The notes beneath the pieces were generated by a model. It was not told the origin of the DNA and made no database searches. It worked only from the letters and a program-made list of their open reading frames with translations. Positions 19,068 to 27,848 of a DNA stretch of 64,000 nucleotides are shown here, one piece after another. The number at the start of each line of letters is the position of its first letter. Within the stretch, counting starts at the first letter, position 1. A program made the translations under genes and the position numbers. The DNA is from Candidatus Hydrogenedentota bacterium (GTDB lineage: Bacteria; Hydrogenedentota; Hydrogenedentia; Hydrogenedentales; JAEUWI01), in the NCBI GenBank assembly GCA_034669905.1, contig JAXMOL010000017.1:1-64000 (forward strand), read 5' to 3'.

Positions 19068-20267
19068 TTGCACATGATGTTACCTCCCACGCCGCCAACC
19101 ACGGTCCAATTCACACCGCCGACCACCCATTCACCGCTACAAGCCGGACATAATTACAGTGGCGTCATTCGAAACCAACCGGATGGCCTTGCTGCGGTGG
19201 TCGCCGGCTTGAAGATACCCCTGGGTGCGGACAGTGGCCTTCAGGCAGGACAACGGGTTCTGGTTCAGGTCCAGGCCCAGGGCGACCACCTGCAACTCAC
19301 CCTGCGCGCAGCCGCGGTCTCCACAGGCACCGCCGTCGAAACGGGCGACCCGTCCGCACTCTTTCGGGCGGTGCTGCAGCAAATCGGCCGTTTGGACCTG
19401 GAAGACCGGCTCCCCACGTTGCTCCCCCGTCAAACACCCCAATCAGCGGAATTGCTTCGGGCCCTGGTGAGCACCCTCCTGTCGGACCGCGGGACGGGCA
19501 AAGACCTGCAGCAACTCCAGCAGATTCTTTCACAGGCTAACCAACAAGGGGTACTACGCTCCGATGGCGGTGCCGCACTTTCCCCCTGGCTGTCGCTGAC
19601 TGGGCTGGCCGATGTAACGGCGTGGTACGACCTGGTACGACGGGCCCGTTCCGAACGGAATGGGCTGGCACGATTGGCCCAGATCGTACGCGGAGAAGCG
19701 CCCATGGGTGCGCTCGCCACGCTCAAAGAATCCCTGGCCTCCCTCACGCGGCAACTTCTCGATGAAGACGCGTTTCGGAACTGGCTGCGCAAGGAAGGAC
19801 TCGAAGAAGGCTTCAAGGCCCTGACCGAGCGGACGGCCGAACGGGCGCTGGGTAGTGACGTACAGAATTTACGTGCCCTGGACCAGCCCTATGAATTTAT
19901 GGAGTTTCCGCTGGGGGAAGAGCAGGGCTTCCGCCGCCTGCAGCTGCACGTTTTTTCCGAGGCCCCCTCAAGAAATGACCCCCAGGGCCAGGCCATCCAT
20001 CAGACGGTGTTGGACCTGGAGCTCACCCGCCTGGGCCCCATGTGGATCGCACTCCGTGCGCAGGGGCCGCAATGTACCTGCGCGTTTCGTGTCATGACGC
20101 CGGAGCTGGCCACCCATCTGAATCGTGTGGCGGACGAATTGCGCGATGAACTTGCCGGGCTTGGGTTCCCCCACGCCCGGATCACCGCGACCGTATGGGA
20201 TGGCGATCGGGAAAGTGCGCTGCTTTCCCTGCTGAGCCCTTATCAGGGATTGGATCTGGATGCATGA
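19068..20267 (+). CDS. FliK-like protein (C-terminal T3S4/hook-length-control-like domain)
   Basis: C-terminal VLDLELTRLGPMWIAL...LAGLGF...LDLDA; directly followed by a small FlhB-C gene (ylqG-ylqH-type pair). Confidence 0.65.
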   Translation: MHMMLPPTPPTTVQFTPPTTHSPLQAGHNYSGVIRNQPDGLAAVVAGLKIPLGADSGLQAGQRVLVQVQAQGDHLQLTLRAAAVSTGTAVETGDPSALFRAVLQQIGRLDLEDRLPTLLPRQTPQSAELLRALVSTLLSDRGTGKDLQQLQQILSQANQQGVLRSDGGAALSPWLSLTGLADVTAWYDLVRRARSERNGLARLAQIVRGEAPMGALATLKESLASLTRQLLDEDAFRNWLRKEGLEEGFKALTERTAERALGSDVQNLRALDQPYEFMEFPLGEEQGFRRLQLHVFSEAPSRNDPQGQAIHQTVLDLELTRLGPMWIALRAQGPQCTCAFRVMTPELATHLNRVADELRDELAGLGFPHARITATVWDGDRESALLSLLSPYQGLDLDA

Positions 20268-20545
20268 AGGAAGCCCGCGACCCCCGTAAACGCGCCATAG
20301 CGGTACGTTACCAGTCTGACTCGGATCCGGCGCCCAAAGTAGTTGCCAAGGGGCAAGGCGTCCTGGCCGATCGTATCCTTGCGATCGCTGCGAAAGAAGG
20401 GATTCACATCCAGGAGGACCCCGATCTGGTCTCCCTCCTCGCCAAAGTAGATGTGGACGACACGATTCCGGAAGAACTCTACCGGGCTGTGGCGGAAGTG
20501 CTGGCCTTTGTTTATCGCCTCAACCGGAATTACCCCCAGGGATAG
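20264..20545 (+). CDS. FlhB C-terminal-like (EscU/YscU/YlqH) export switch protein
   Basis: AIAVRY..APKVVAKGQG.LADRILAIA...IPEELYRAVAEVLAFVY. Confidence 0.9.
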   Translation: MKEARDPRKRAIAVRYQSDSDPAPKVVAKGQGVLADRILAIAAKEGIHIQEDPDLVSLLAKVDVDDTIPEELYRAVAEVLAFVYRLNRNYPQG

Positions 20546-20608
20546 GAAAAACGCCTGCAGCCAGGGGGGCTACAGGCGTCTAAGGGAGGTACAGGCCAAT
20601 GGCACCTA

Positions 20609-21565
20609 TCAGTCGATTTCCTCGACATTGATGTGCTCATTGTAAAACTTGACGATATCCGGTTCGCAGTCGCCCGCGCTCACATTGGCCATATAGGCCA
20701 GGGCCGTGCGGGGGTGTTTATTCAAGACCCCCGTGACCAGGTAGGGTGGCTCATAGCCCCACTTCAGGTCCTGCTTCAGGCTTTCGAAGTATTTTTCGAT
20801 GAGGCCCAGCACCGGGCGGATGTTGTACTTCGGATTTTTCAGGAAACCCAACAGCAATTCCGTGGTGCAATTGCCTGCGGCGCGGCCCATCCCATAGATG
20901 CTGCCGTCCAAGAAATTGATTCCCTTGATGATGCCTTCGACCGTGTTGGCAAAGGCAAGCTGCTGATTGTTGTGGCAGTGAATGCCCACGGTCTTGCCCC
21001 CCAGCCCCGTGATGTACTTGTCTGCCAGGTAGTGGATGTGTTCGGAATAGAAATAGCCGAAACTGTCTACGAGGTAGATGGCCTCGAAATCGGTGGTGGC
21101 GAGTTGGGCCAGGGCCTCATCCAAATCGGGTTCCAGCACATGGGAGGCGGCCATGATATTGACGCACACCTCGTAGCCCAGGGACTTGATGTGGTTGCCC
21201 AGGTGGATCGCCTTGTCGACATCTTTCGCGTAGGTTGCCACGCGGAACATGGAAATGATGGATTCGTCGGCCGGCAGGAAGGCGTCGTAGTCGGTACGTC
21301 CCACATCCACCATGACCGAGATTTTGGTATCACATTCAAAGGCCACATCGCGCAGGTCGGCTTCGTCGCAGAAGCGCCAGGGGCCATGATCCTTGGGTGA
21401 AAACTGCTTCTTATCGGCCCGATAGCCGAGCTCTACGTAGTCTACGCCGGCATCAACCAGGCCCTGAAACACGTCTTTGACCATGGCCTTGTCGAATTCC
21501 CAGTTGTTCATCAATCCGCCATCGCGGATGGTACAATCCAGGATCTTAATTTCCGGCCGGTACAT
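20609..21565 (-). CDS. DRE-TIM metallolyase (HMGL-like / HOA-aldolase-like)
   Basis: LDCTIRDGG, VDSFG, IHCHNNQQLAFAN, GMGRAAGNCTTE. Confidence 0.88.
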   Translation of the reverse strand: MYRPEIKILDCTIRDGGLMNNWEFDKAMVKDVFQGLVDAGVDYVELGYRADKKQFSPKDHGPWRFCDEADLRDVAFECDTKISVMVDVGRTDYDAFLPADESIISMFRVATYAKDVDKAIHLGNHIKSLGYEVCVNIMAASHVLEPDLDEALAQLATTDFEAIYLVDSFGYFYSEHIHYLADKYITGLGGKTVGIHCHNNQQLAFANTVEGIIKGINFLDGSIYGMGRAAGNCTTELLLGFLKNPKYNIRPVLGLIEKYFESLKQDLKWGYEPPYLVTGVLNKHPRTALAYMANVSAGDCEPDIVKFYNEHINVEEID

Positions 21566-21780
21566 ATGATCTCTCCAATCACGCTGTGCCCGATGCCACA
21601 CCGTGCCACGATGTGGCGCGAATCAGGGGTGGAACTTGGGCAGAATTAACGATGGGCAGGCGGGCTCTTCCCCGCGTTCGTGGATTCAAAATAGCGTATA
21701 TAGTACTATTTCCCTTTGTTTCAGCGCAACCGTGCCAGGCGGCACGGGACCTCATTGCGGTAGGAAAGGAATACAGAGCC

Positions 21781-22794
21781 ATGTCGACGGGCGAAAAGGG
21801 CAACATGGGCATTCGCATTATCCTCTTTATGGGGATTGGCACCTTCCTCTTTCTCATGCTGGTGAGCTTCGGGGTCAAGCAATCGCTGAAACCCCAGGAG
21901 AACACGCGGGTCCCCGATGGCGTGGCCCAATCCCCCTTCAACGCCCCGCGGGCCTGGAAAGACCTCGAATACCTGGTGCAACTCGGCCCACGCCCGACCC
22001 AGTCGGAAGGCATGGCAAAACAACAAGCCTACCTCCAACGGGAGCTGCGCCGTGCGGGACTCACGGTGCACCGGCTGGAAGGGGAAGTAACCACGGCACA
22101 AGGACCGGTGAAACTGGTGAACCTGCGCGCTGTTGTTTCGGGGACGATGCCCGGCATCATCGTTCTGAGCACCCATTATGACACCTACGCCGACGGTGAA
22201 GGCCTCCTGGTCGGTGCCAACGAAAGTGGGTCAGGCACGGCCTGGCTGCTGGAGATGGCCCGCACGCTGGGACGCACCCGGGATGGGCGCACCATTTGGC
22301 TGGTCTTTTTCGACGGTAAGAACGGGCGGGACGGGGCAGATTCGGAACCCGGATTGTACGGCAGCCACCTGTTTCGGGAGCAGCTGGAGCAGTCGGGAGC
22401 ACTCGCCTCCATCGATGCCCTGATCAATGTGGAAATGATTGGCGACTGCTATCTGAGCGTTTCACGGGATGAGCATGCTCCACGCTGGCTGACAGAGATT
22501 CTCTGGAACACGGCAACGCGCCAGGGCTACAAAACCCACTTCGGCGCCTTTGCCGAAGATCGGGCAAGTGATCACCGCCCCTTCCGTGATGCGGGTATCC
22601 CCGCCCTGGAACTGCTGGACGTCCGCTATGGCGGCTCGCCGGTGGACCACCAGAAAAACTGGCAAACGGAGGCCGATACGCTGGACAAGCTGTGTGTGGG
22701 AAGTTTGCGGGCTGTCGGAGACGTGATCTATCATGCCTTGCCGATAATTGATGGTCAACTGAACACGACGGGCCCCCGCACCGATGGACCTTAA
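21781..22794 (+). CDS. M28 peptidase / type II glutaminyl cyclase-like protein, membrane anchored, catalytic site degenerate
   Basis: N-terminal TM; GPRP, STHYDT, GANESGSGTA, FFDGKN, VEMIGD, SDHRPF, WQTEADT follow the M28 motif order but with substituted ligands. Confidence 0.85.
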   Translation: MSTGEKGNMGIRIILFMGIGTFLFLMLVSFGVKQSLKPQENTRVPDGVAQSPFNAPRAWKDLEYLVQLGPRPTQSEGMAKQQAYLQRELRRAGLTVHRLEGEVTTAQGPVKLVNLRAVVSGTMPGIIVLSTHYDTYADGEGLLVGANESGSGTAWLLEMARTLGRTRDGRTIWLVFFDGKNGRDGADSEPGLYGSHLFREQLEQSGALASIDALINVEMIGDCYLSVSRDEHAPRWLTEILWNTATRQGYKTHFGAFAEDRASDHRPFRDAGIPALELLDVRYGGSPVDHQKNWQTEADTLDKLCVGSLRAVGDVIYHALPIIDGQLNTTGPRTDGP

Positions 22795-24064
22795 GCTCCA
22801 CGAACAACTTCCCTGGTTAGACAGCGCCTCGAACGCCGAGATGCGTCGTGCGGTGGAAGCCCTTTATCGGGTCCACGAGTTTATCAGCGCCATTACCGAT
22901 TTGGATTCGCTCCTGGAATACATTACCGTGGAAAGCCAGATCGTGGCGGGGGCCGAAGCCTCGTCCATCATCCTCTATGATGGGGAGCGGGATGATCTCT
23001 ATTTTCACGTTGCTCTCGGGGAGTCGGGCGATCAGGAGCGCCTCAAGCAGGAGGTGCGTCTCAAGCTTGGCCAGGGCATCGCCGGGGCCACGGCACAAAG
23101 CCGGACGTCTATCAACGTCAAGAACGCACAAGAAGACGAACGATTCTTTCGCTCGGCCGATGACACGAGCAATTTCCAGACCCGTAGTTTGCTGGCCGTG
23201 CCCATGGTGGACCATGACCGCCTGGTCGGCGTGTTGGAAGTGCTCAACAAGATTGATGGGGACTACTTTTCGACCCTCGACATGCGGGTTATGGAGATGT
23301 TTGCCGGGCTCGCAGCGACGGCCATCACCAATGCACGCCTGGTCGAGGAGAAGATCAAGACCGAGCGGATGGCGGCCATCGGTCAGGCCGTAACGGGCCT
23401 TTCGCACTACACAAAGAACATCGTCTCCGGGCTGAACAACAGCGCCGAGCTGATTGAAATGGGGCTGAAGCAGAACAATTTTGACGTACTGCACCGAACC
23501 TGGCCCGTCTTCAAACGAAGCACCAAGCGAATCACCCATTTCGTACAGGATATGCTGAGCTTTTCGAAGCCCCGAAAACCCTATCGGGAACTATTCCAGC
23601 TCCCCGAATTACTCGAGGAAGTGGTCGAGAGTTATCACGACCTCTTTCATCGCAAGAAAATCGTTGTCTCCGTCGACACGGCCTCGCTCAAGAACCCCGT
23701 CTATGGCGAGCCCGTATCTCTCCATCGTTGCATCCTGAACCTGGTGAGCAATGCGGCCGACGCGGTTTCCGACACTGAGGGTAGAATTGCTATTCGGACC
23801 CAGGATCTCGATGGTGGCGGAGTGGAAATCATTATCGAAGACAATGGCCCGGGAATACCCGAGGATATTCAGCCCCAGATATTTGATCCCTTTTTCAGCA
23901 CCAAAGGGGCAAAGGGAACGGGGCTGGGCCTGGCGATAACGCAAAAGATAATCCATGAGCATGATGGCGAACTGACCCTCGGGCAGAGCCCCCTGGGTGG
24001 GGCAGCCTTTCGAATTCTGTTGCCGTCGTATTCACCGGAAAAGGAGAAGGCGCTCAATGAGTGA
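22784..24064 (+). CDS. GAF-domain sensor histidine kinase (cytoplasmic)
   Basis: GAF (QTRSLLAVPM, VLEVLNK), H-box SHYTKN, NLVSNAADA, DNGPGI, PFFSTKG, GTGLGL. Confidence 0.93.
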   Translation: MDLKLHEQLPWLDSASNAEMRRAVEALYRVHEFISAITDLDSLLEYITVESQIVAGAEASSIILYDGERDDLYFHVALGESGDQERLKQEVRLKLGQGIAGATAQSRTSINVKNAQEDERFFRSADDTSNFQTRSLLAVPMVDHDRLVGVLEVLNKIDGDYFSTLDMRVMEMFAGLAATAITNARLVEEKIKTERMAAIGQAVTGLSHYTKNIVSGLNNSAELIEMGLKQNNFDVLHRTWPVFKRSTKRITHFVQDMLSFSKPRKPYRELFQLPELLEEVVESYHDLFHRKKIVVSVDTASLKNPVYGEPVSLHRCILNLVSNAADAVSDTEGRIAIRTQDLDGGGVEIIIEDNGPGIPEDIQPQIFDPFFSTKGAKGTGLGLAITQKIIHEHDGELTLGQSPLGGAAFRILLPSYSPEKEKALNE

Positions 24065-24308
24065 AGAACCCCGTTTTGCATCGGTAGGCTGGAAATTCCT
24101 GGGAGTCGCCTGGTTGATTTGCCTGGTGCCCACCTACTATTTTGTATTCAGCGTCACCATGGACAACACGCCCGCGGCACTGCGGCTGGGCAGCATTGCC
24201 TTCATGGCGGGCTTCGTGGCGGCCATTATCACGTGGATCGTGAATACGCTACTGGGCTATATTGCAGGTCGCGGCAATTCGGAAATCACGGAGACCGATG
24301 AAGACTAG
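24057..24308 (+). CDS. small hypothetical membrane protein (two TM helices)
   Basis: Two hydrophobic stretches; start overlaps the kinase 3' end, AGGAG upstream. Confidence 0.7.
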   Translation: MSEEPRFASVGWKFLGVAWLICLVPTYYFVFSVTMDNTPAALRLGSIAFMAGFVAAIITWIVNTLLGYIAGRGNSEITETDED

Positions 24309-24374
24309 ACCGCAGCGCCCGTGATAGGATGGGCCCAATGGCCCGGAAATTGATTTTTGACTGCCGGAGGAACT

Positions 24375-25888
24375 ATGGCAGAGATTTGGGATATAGCCCG
24401 TTATGTGGAAGCCAACCCGGACGACCATGAACAGCGGTGGCGTCTGGCAAAGAAGCTTTACACGGCGTGGGAGTATCGGCTCGCTCTGGAGCACCTGCAG
24501 GTGCTGAAGAATGAAGGCCAGGAACGGATCAATATTCTCCGTTATCTGGCAGCCACATACTATCGGCTTGGTCGTTATGATGAAGCGACCGAGGAACTCC
24601 GCCACGCCATCTCCATCTGGCCCGATGAAATTGGTCTGATTGAGCAGCTCGCGCGGGTCCTGGAAATCGCGGGCGACCATACCGGCGCGGCGGAAATGTG
24701 GGAACGCGTGTACAGGCTGGACCCCCACCACCCCATGGCCGCCCATGCCGCAGCACGTCTCCGCAGTACCGTACCGGATACGGATAAAAAAAAAAGAATT
24801 CAGTAGCCGCCATTCCGGATGCGGATGACCTCCGCCTCACCGAGAGTGACAGCGGTATCGATCTGAGTCAGGGCAATGTTTGCGCCATGTGTGGGGCGCA
24901 GAACAATGGAAGTCAATCGCACTGCTGGCAGTGTAAATCGCTTTTGCTTCAGACGCTGCCCCGTGGGCACATGACGCCCGGCTCCGCCAAGCGCTCGCAA
25001 CGGCATCTCTCCGGCATCAGTCATCAGTTGGACGGAAAGTTTTTCATCATGGCCTTTGCCGTGCTGATTGGCTCCGTTGCCTTGGGGGGCTATTTCACGT
25101 ATCAGAGCGCCCAATCGGGTTTTCCTGCGCCGCGCACGTTGGTCGAGTTTGTTCAGTACCACATGTCGACGACCCGTATCGTAGTCGGTGCTGTCGCCAT
25201 CCTCCTCTCCCCCATCCTCCTCAACATTGCGCTCCGGATTTTATCGGTCCGCCCCCGATGCAGCGGCAATCGCGTGGCCCTCATTGCCTTCATCCCACCG
25301 GGACTGGTATTCCTCCTCTCCTGGCTTCCCCCGCTGGCTTTCGCGGCGACCCTGCTCATCCCGGCCGTGGCCCTCTGGTTTCTTTACCGCCGCGGTATGT
25401 CCCTCAGTGCGCCAAACGCCACGTCGGTAGGGCTCACCCACGTGCTACTGAGCGTTCTCCTTGTGCTGTCCAGCGCCTGGGGCCTGGAATCCTTGCAGGC
25501 GGAACGGCCCCTCAATCCTATGGCCGAATACCGTGCTCTCAGCGGCGCGTTAGACTCCCTTCGCGCGGAAGACGTGACGACGACCCTCAGCAGCGGCATG
25601 GCCGCGCCCCGTATCCGCTGGGAACGCACGGGTTCCGACTGGCTTGACTTCCGGGCCAATCGCGCCCAGATTGAGGTCCGGGGAAACTATGCCGATGAGC
25701 AGCGCGTAGAACTGGTGGCGGTGGACCGTCAACAGGCCCTGGTAACTGGCGAGATGGATGGGTCGGTCTGGCGCTCCCCGGTCTTCGCGCCCCACGCGGA
25801 CACGACATACCAGGTACGTATCTCCGGGGGTGTCATCGGGGGCACCCAGATTCGCGTTCGCAGTTTAGTGCCCGCCCACCTCTACTGA
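24375..25888 (+). pseudogene. TPR + zinc-ribbon + multi-TM membrane protein, split by a frameshift at an A10 tract (ORFs 24375-24806 and 24794-25888)
   Basis: TPR ORF stops 9 nt after A10 (24786-24795); the -1 frame is open from the tract (KNSVAAIPDADDLRLTESDSGIDLSQGNVCAMCGAQN) into the downstream CxxC...CxxC membrane ORF. Confidence 0.7.
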
Positions 25889-27498
25889 GCGCGCCCATCC
25901 CGCCCACCGTTGTTCAACGTTACACCCCGCTGTTGCGCCTGCACGAAGCAGCGGGTAGCCACCTCCTCCCACCCCAATTGTTGTGCGGTCATCCCCATTA
26001 GCAGGTGCAGCCGCCCGGTGTTGAGTTCGCGGCGGGCCGCCTGAAAAGACTGCCAGGCACCCTGCCCGTCCCCCTGGGTCAGCCGATATATACCAAAGCT
26101 CTCATGGGCTTCCCCCCGATAGCCCGGTCCGGCGATGGCCGACCTATAGGCCTCTTCCGCTGGAATGCCGGCCAGGTGCCGGTCTTCTGCGCGACGCAGC
26201 AGAAAACTGGGGCCCAGGGTGGTCACCCCGTGGAGCACGGCACCTCCGAGGAGGATTCCCGCCATCAGGACGCGGGTGGCTCGCACGGGCACGCGCGTCA
26301 CCGGAAGAGGCACCGGCCCGGGCGCCATGTTCATACCCAGGAGTAGCAGGAAGGCGAGGGCGTGGGGAGCGCTTGCCCACATGGGGTGGAAACACGAGAA
26401 GACGACCAGGGTCATGGTTCCCGCCGCCGCGCCGGAACTGACCCGTCGTAGGCGATACAATTGTCCGCTCAGCAGGAGTATGCCCAGCCCCCCCACTTCG
26501 CACAGCAGCTCCAAGAGATCCAGGTGGGCATGGTACACGGTCACCCGATCGGGAACCGCCTCACTGGGTAGTCCAAGATACGGCGGCAACCCGTAAGAAA
26601 AATTACCCATACCCACACCGAGGAAGGGCTGCTCCCAAAACATGGCCACACTGGCATGCCAAATCCACCCGCGAACGGCCACGCCCACGTCACCCGGCTG
26701 AAAGGTCATGGCCCATTTGCTTAGGCTGGGAGCGCCTGCCACAACGCAGAGCAGCCCAAACAGCAGCACGCCCGCGGCCCCCTTTGGGAGTGACGGGCGC
26801 CATGGGGGGCGATGGGCTACCAGATAAACGGCAAGTCCCACCAGAAGGGCCACATGGGCACCCCGGGATGCGCTGTAAAGGAACGCCACGGCCATCGTCC
26901 CGCCTGCGGCGGCGGCCAGGAGCCAGCGCCCGCCTCTTCGGGGGCAGGATTTCAACAGCTCCGGTAGGAGCACGAGCCCCAGGGCAAGGTAGCCCGCGAG
27001 GAGGCCCGCGTTGCCAAACACGGAATACATGGTCTGATCATAGTGGGAAAAGGATGGAAAAAGGGCCTCCAGCATCCCGGCCCGTTGCCCGAGTGCCAGC
27101 GCTGCCGCCACCGTAGCGGTGCCGACGATAGTACGGAACAGCATCCGGCGCCCTGCCTCGGTACGCCCGACGCTGCAGGCGAATGTGGCTACCGCCAGCA
27201 GGGCCGATGTACGCAATAGCGACGCGACGGCAAGCCAGGGCACCTCGGCCCGCACCACGCTGAGAATGCCCAGGGCCCACACACCGCACCAGGTGGGCCA
27301 CCAGACCCGAAATCCGACCAACGGATGCCCGGGCCGAAGCACAAAGGGCGTTGCCAGCCCCAGGCATCCAAGCCACAGGGCCCCCTCTTTGACATGATTG
27401 AACGACACGAAGTGCAGGGACCAGCTGAGAGTTGCCACGAGGAGGGTAACCACAAGCCACGACCGCAGCCAGCGTTCCCACGCTGCTGGAGTCACCAT
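25882..27498 (-). CDS. O-antigen ligase / O-oligosaccharyltransferase family membrane protein (Wzy_C) with C-terminal TPR
   Basis: About 12 TM helices, SVFGNAGLLAGYL, SASRGA, R..IW, P.LGVGMGNF, HAHLDLLELLCEVG. Confidence 0.85.
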   Translation of the reverse strand: MVTPAAWERWLRSWLVVTLLVATLSWSLHFVSFNHVKEGALWLGCLGLATPFVLRPGHPLVGFRVWWPTWCGVWALGILSVVRAEVPWLAVASLLRTSALLAVATFACSVGRTEAGRRMLFRTIVGTATVAAALALGQRAGMLEALFPSFSHYDQTMYSVFGNAGLLAGYLALGLVLLPELLKSCPRRGGRWLLAAAAGGTMAVAFLYSASRGAHVALLVGLAVYLVAHRPPWRPSLPKGAAGVLLFGLLCVVAGAPSLSKWAMTFQPGDVGVAVRGWIWHASVAMFWEQPFLGVGMGNFSYGLPPYLGLPSEAVPDRVTVYHAHLDLLELLCEVGGLGILLLSGQLYRLRRVSSGAAAGTMTLVVFSCFHPMWASAPHALAFLLLLGMNMAPGPVPLPVTRVPVRATRVLMAGILLGGAVLHGVTTLGPSFLLRRAEDRHLAGIPAEEAYRSAIAGPGYRGEAHESFGIYRLTQGDGQGAWQSFQAARRELNTGRLHLLMGMTAQQLGWEEVATRCFVQAQQRGVTLNNGGRDGRAQ

Positions 27499-27644
27499 CG
27501 TCGTCTTGGCCCCTGGTGGGATTCGCCCCGTGCCGTTGTCTGGTCATTGCGCGTCATGCGCCCAGTTTAGCACGCATCCCACATCCCCTTCCGTATTACC
27601 CCCCTGCCGACACCCCGTGCGCGGGACAAAGTTGTACATATAAA

Positions 27645-27673
27645 TTGCGGCGCTCCGGGTGGCGTGATAGAAT
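27645..27673 (+). promoter_or_regulatory. putative sigma70 promoter of the 27849 operon
   Basis: TTGCGG-17 nt-TAGAAT with extended TG. Confidence 0.5.
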
Positions 27674-27848
27674 GCAGAAAAGGCGTAGTGCCTTCGGTTT
27701 ACGCACAAACCAATGGTGATCTCACGCCCCAAAGAGTACGCGGAGCGATTCGTTGTCACGTCAGACACGGTTCACCGTCTTAACGTGAAGCGCCGGGTGC
27801 TGCACACACCCTACGACGGCACCGTGGCCGGGAGTTTTTACCTGACTC

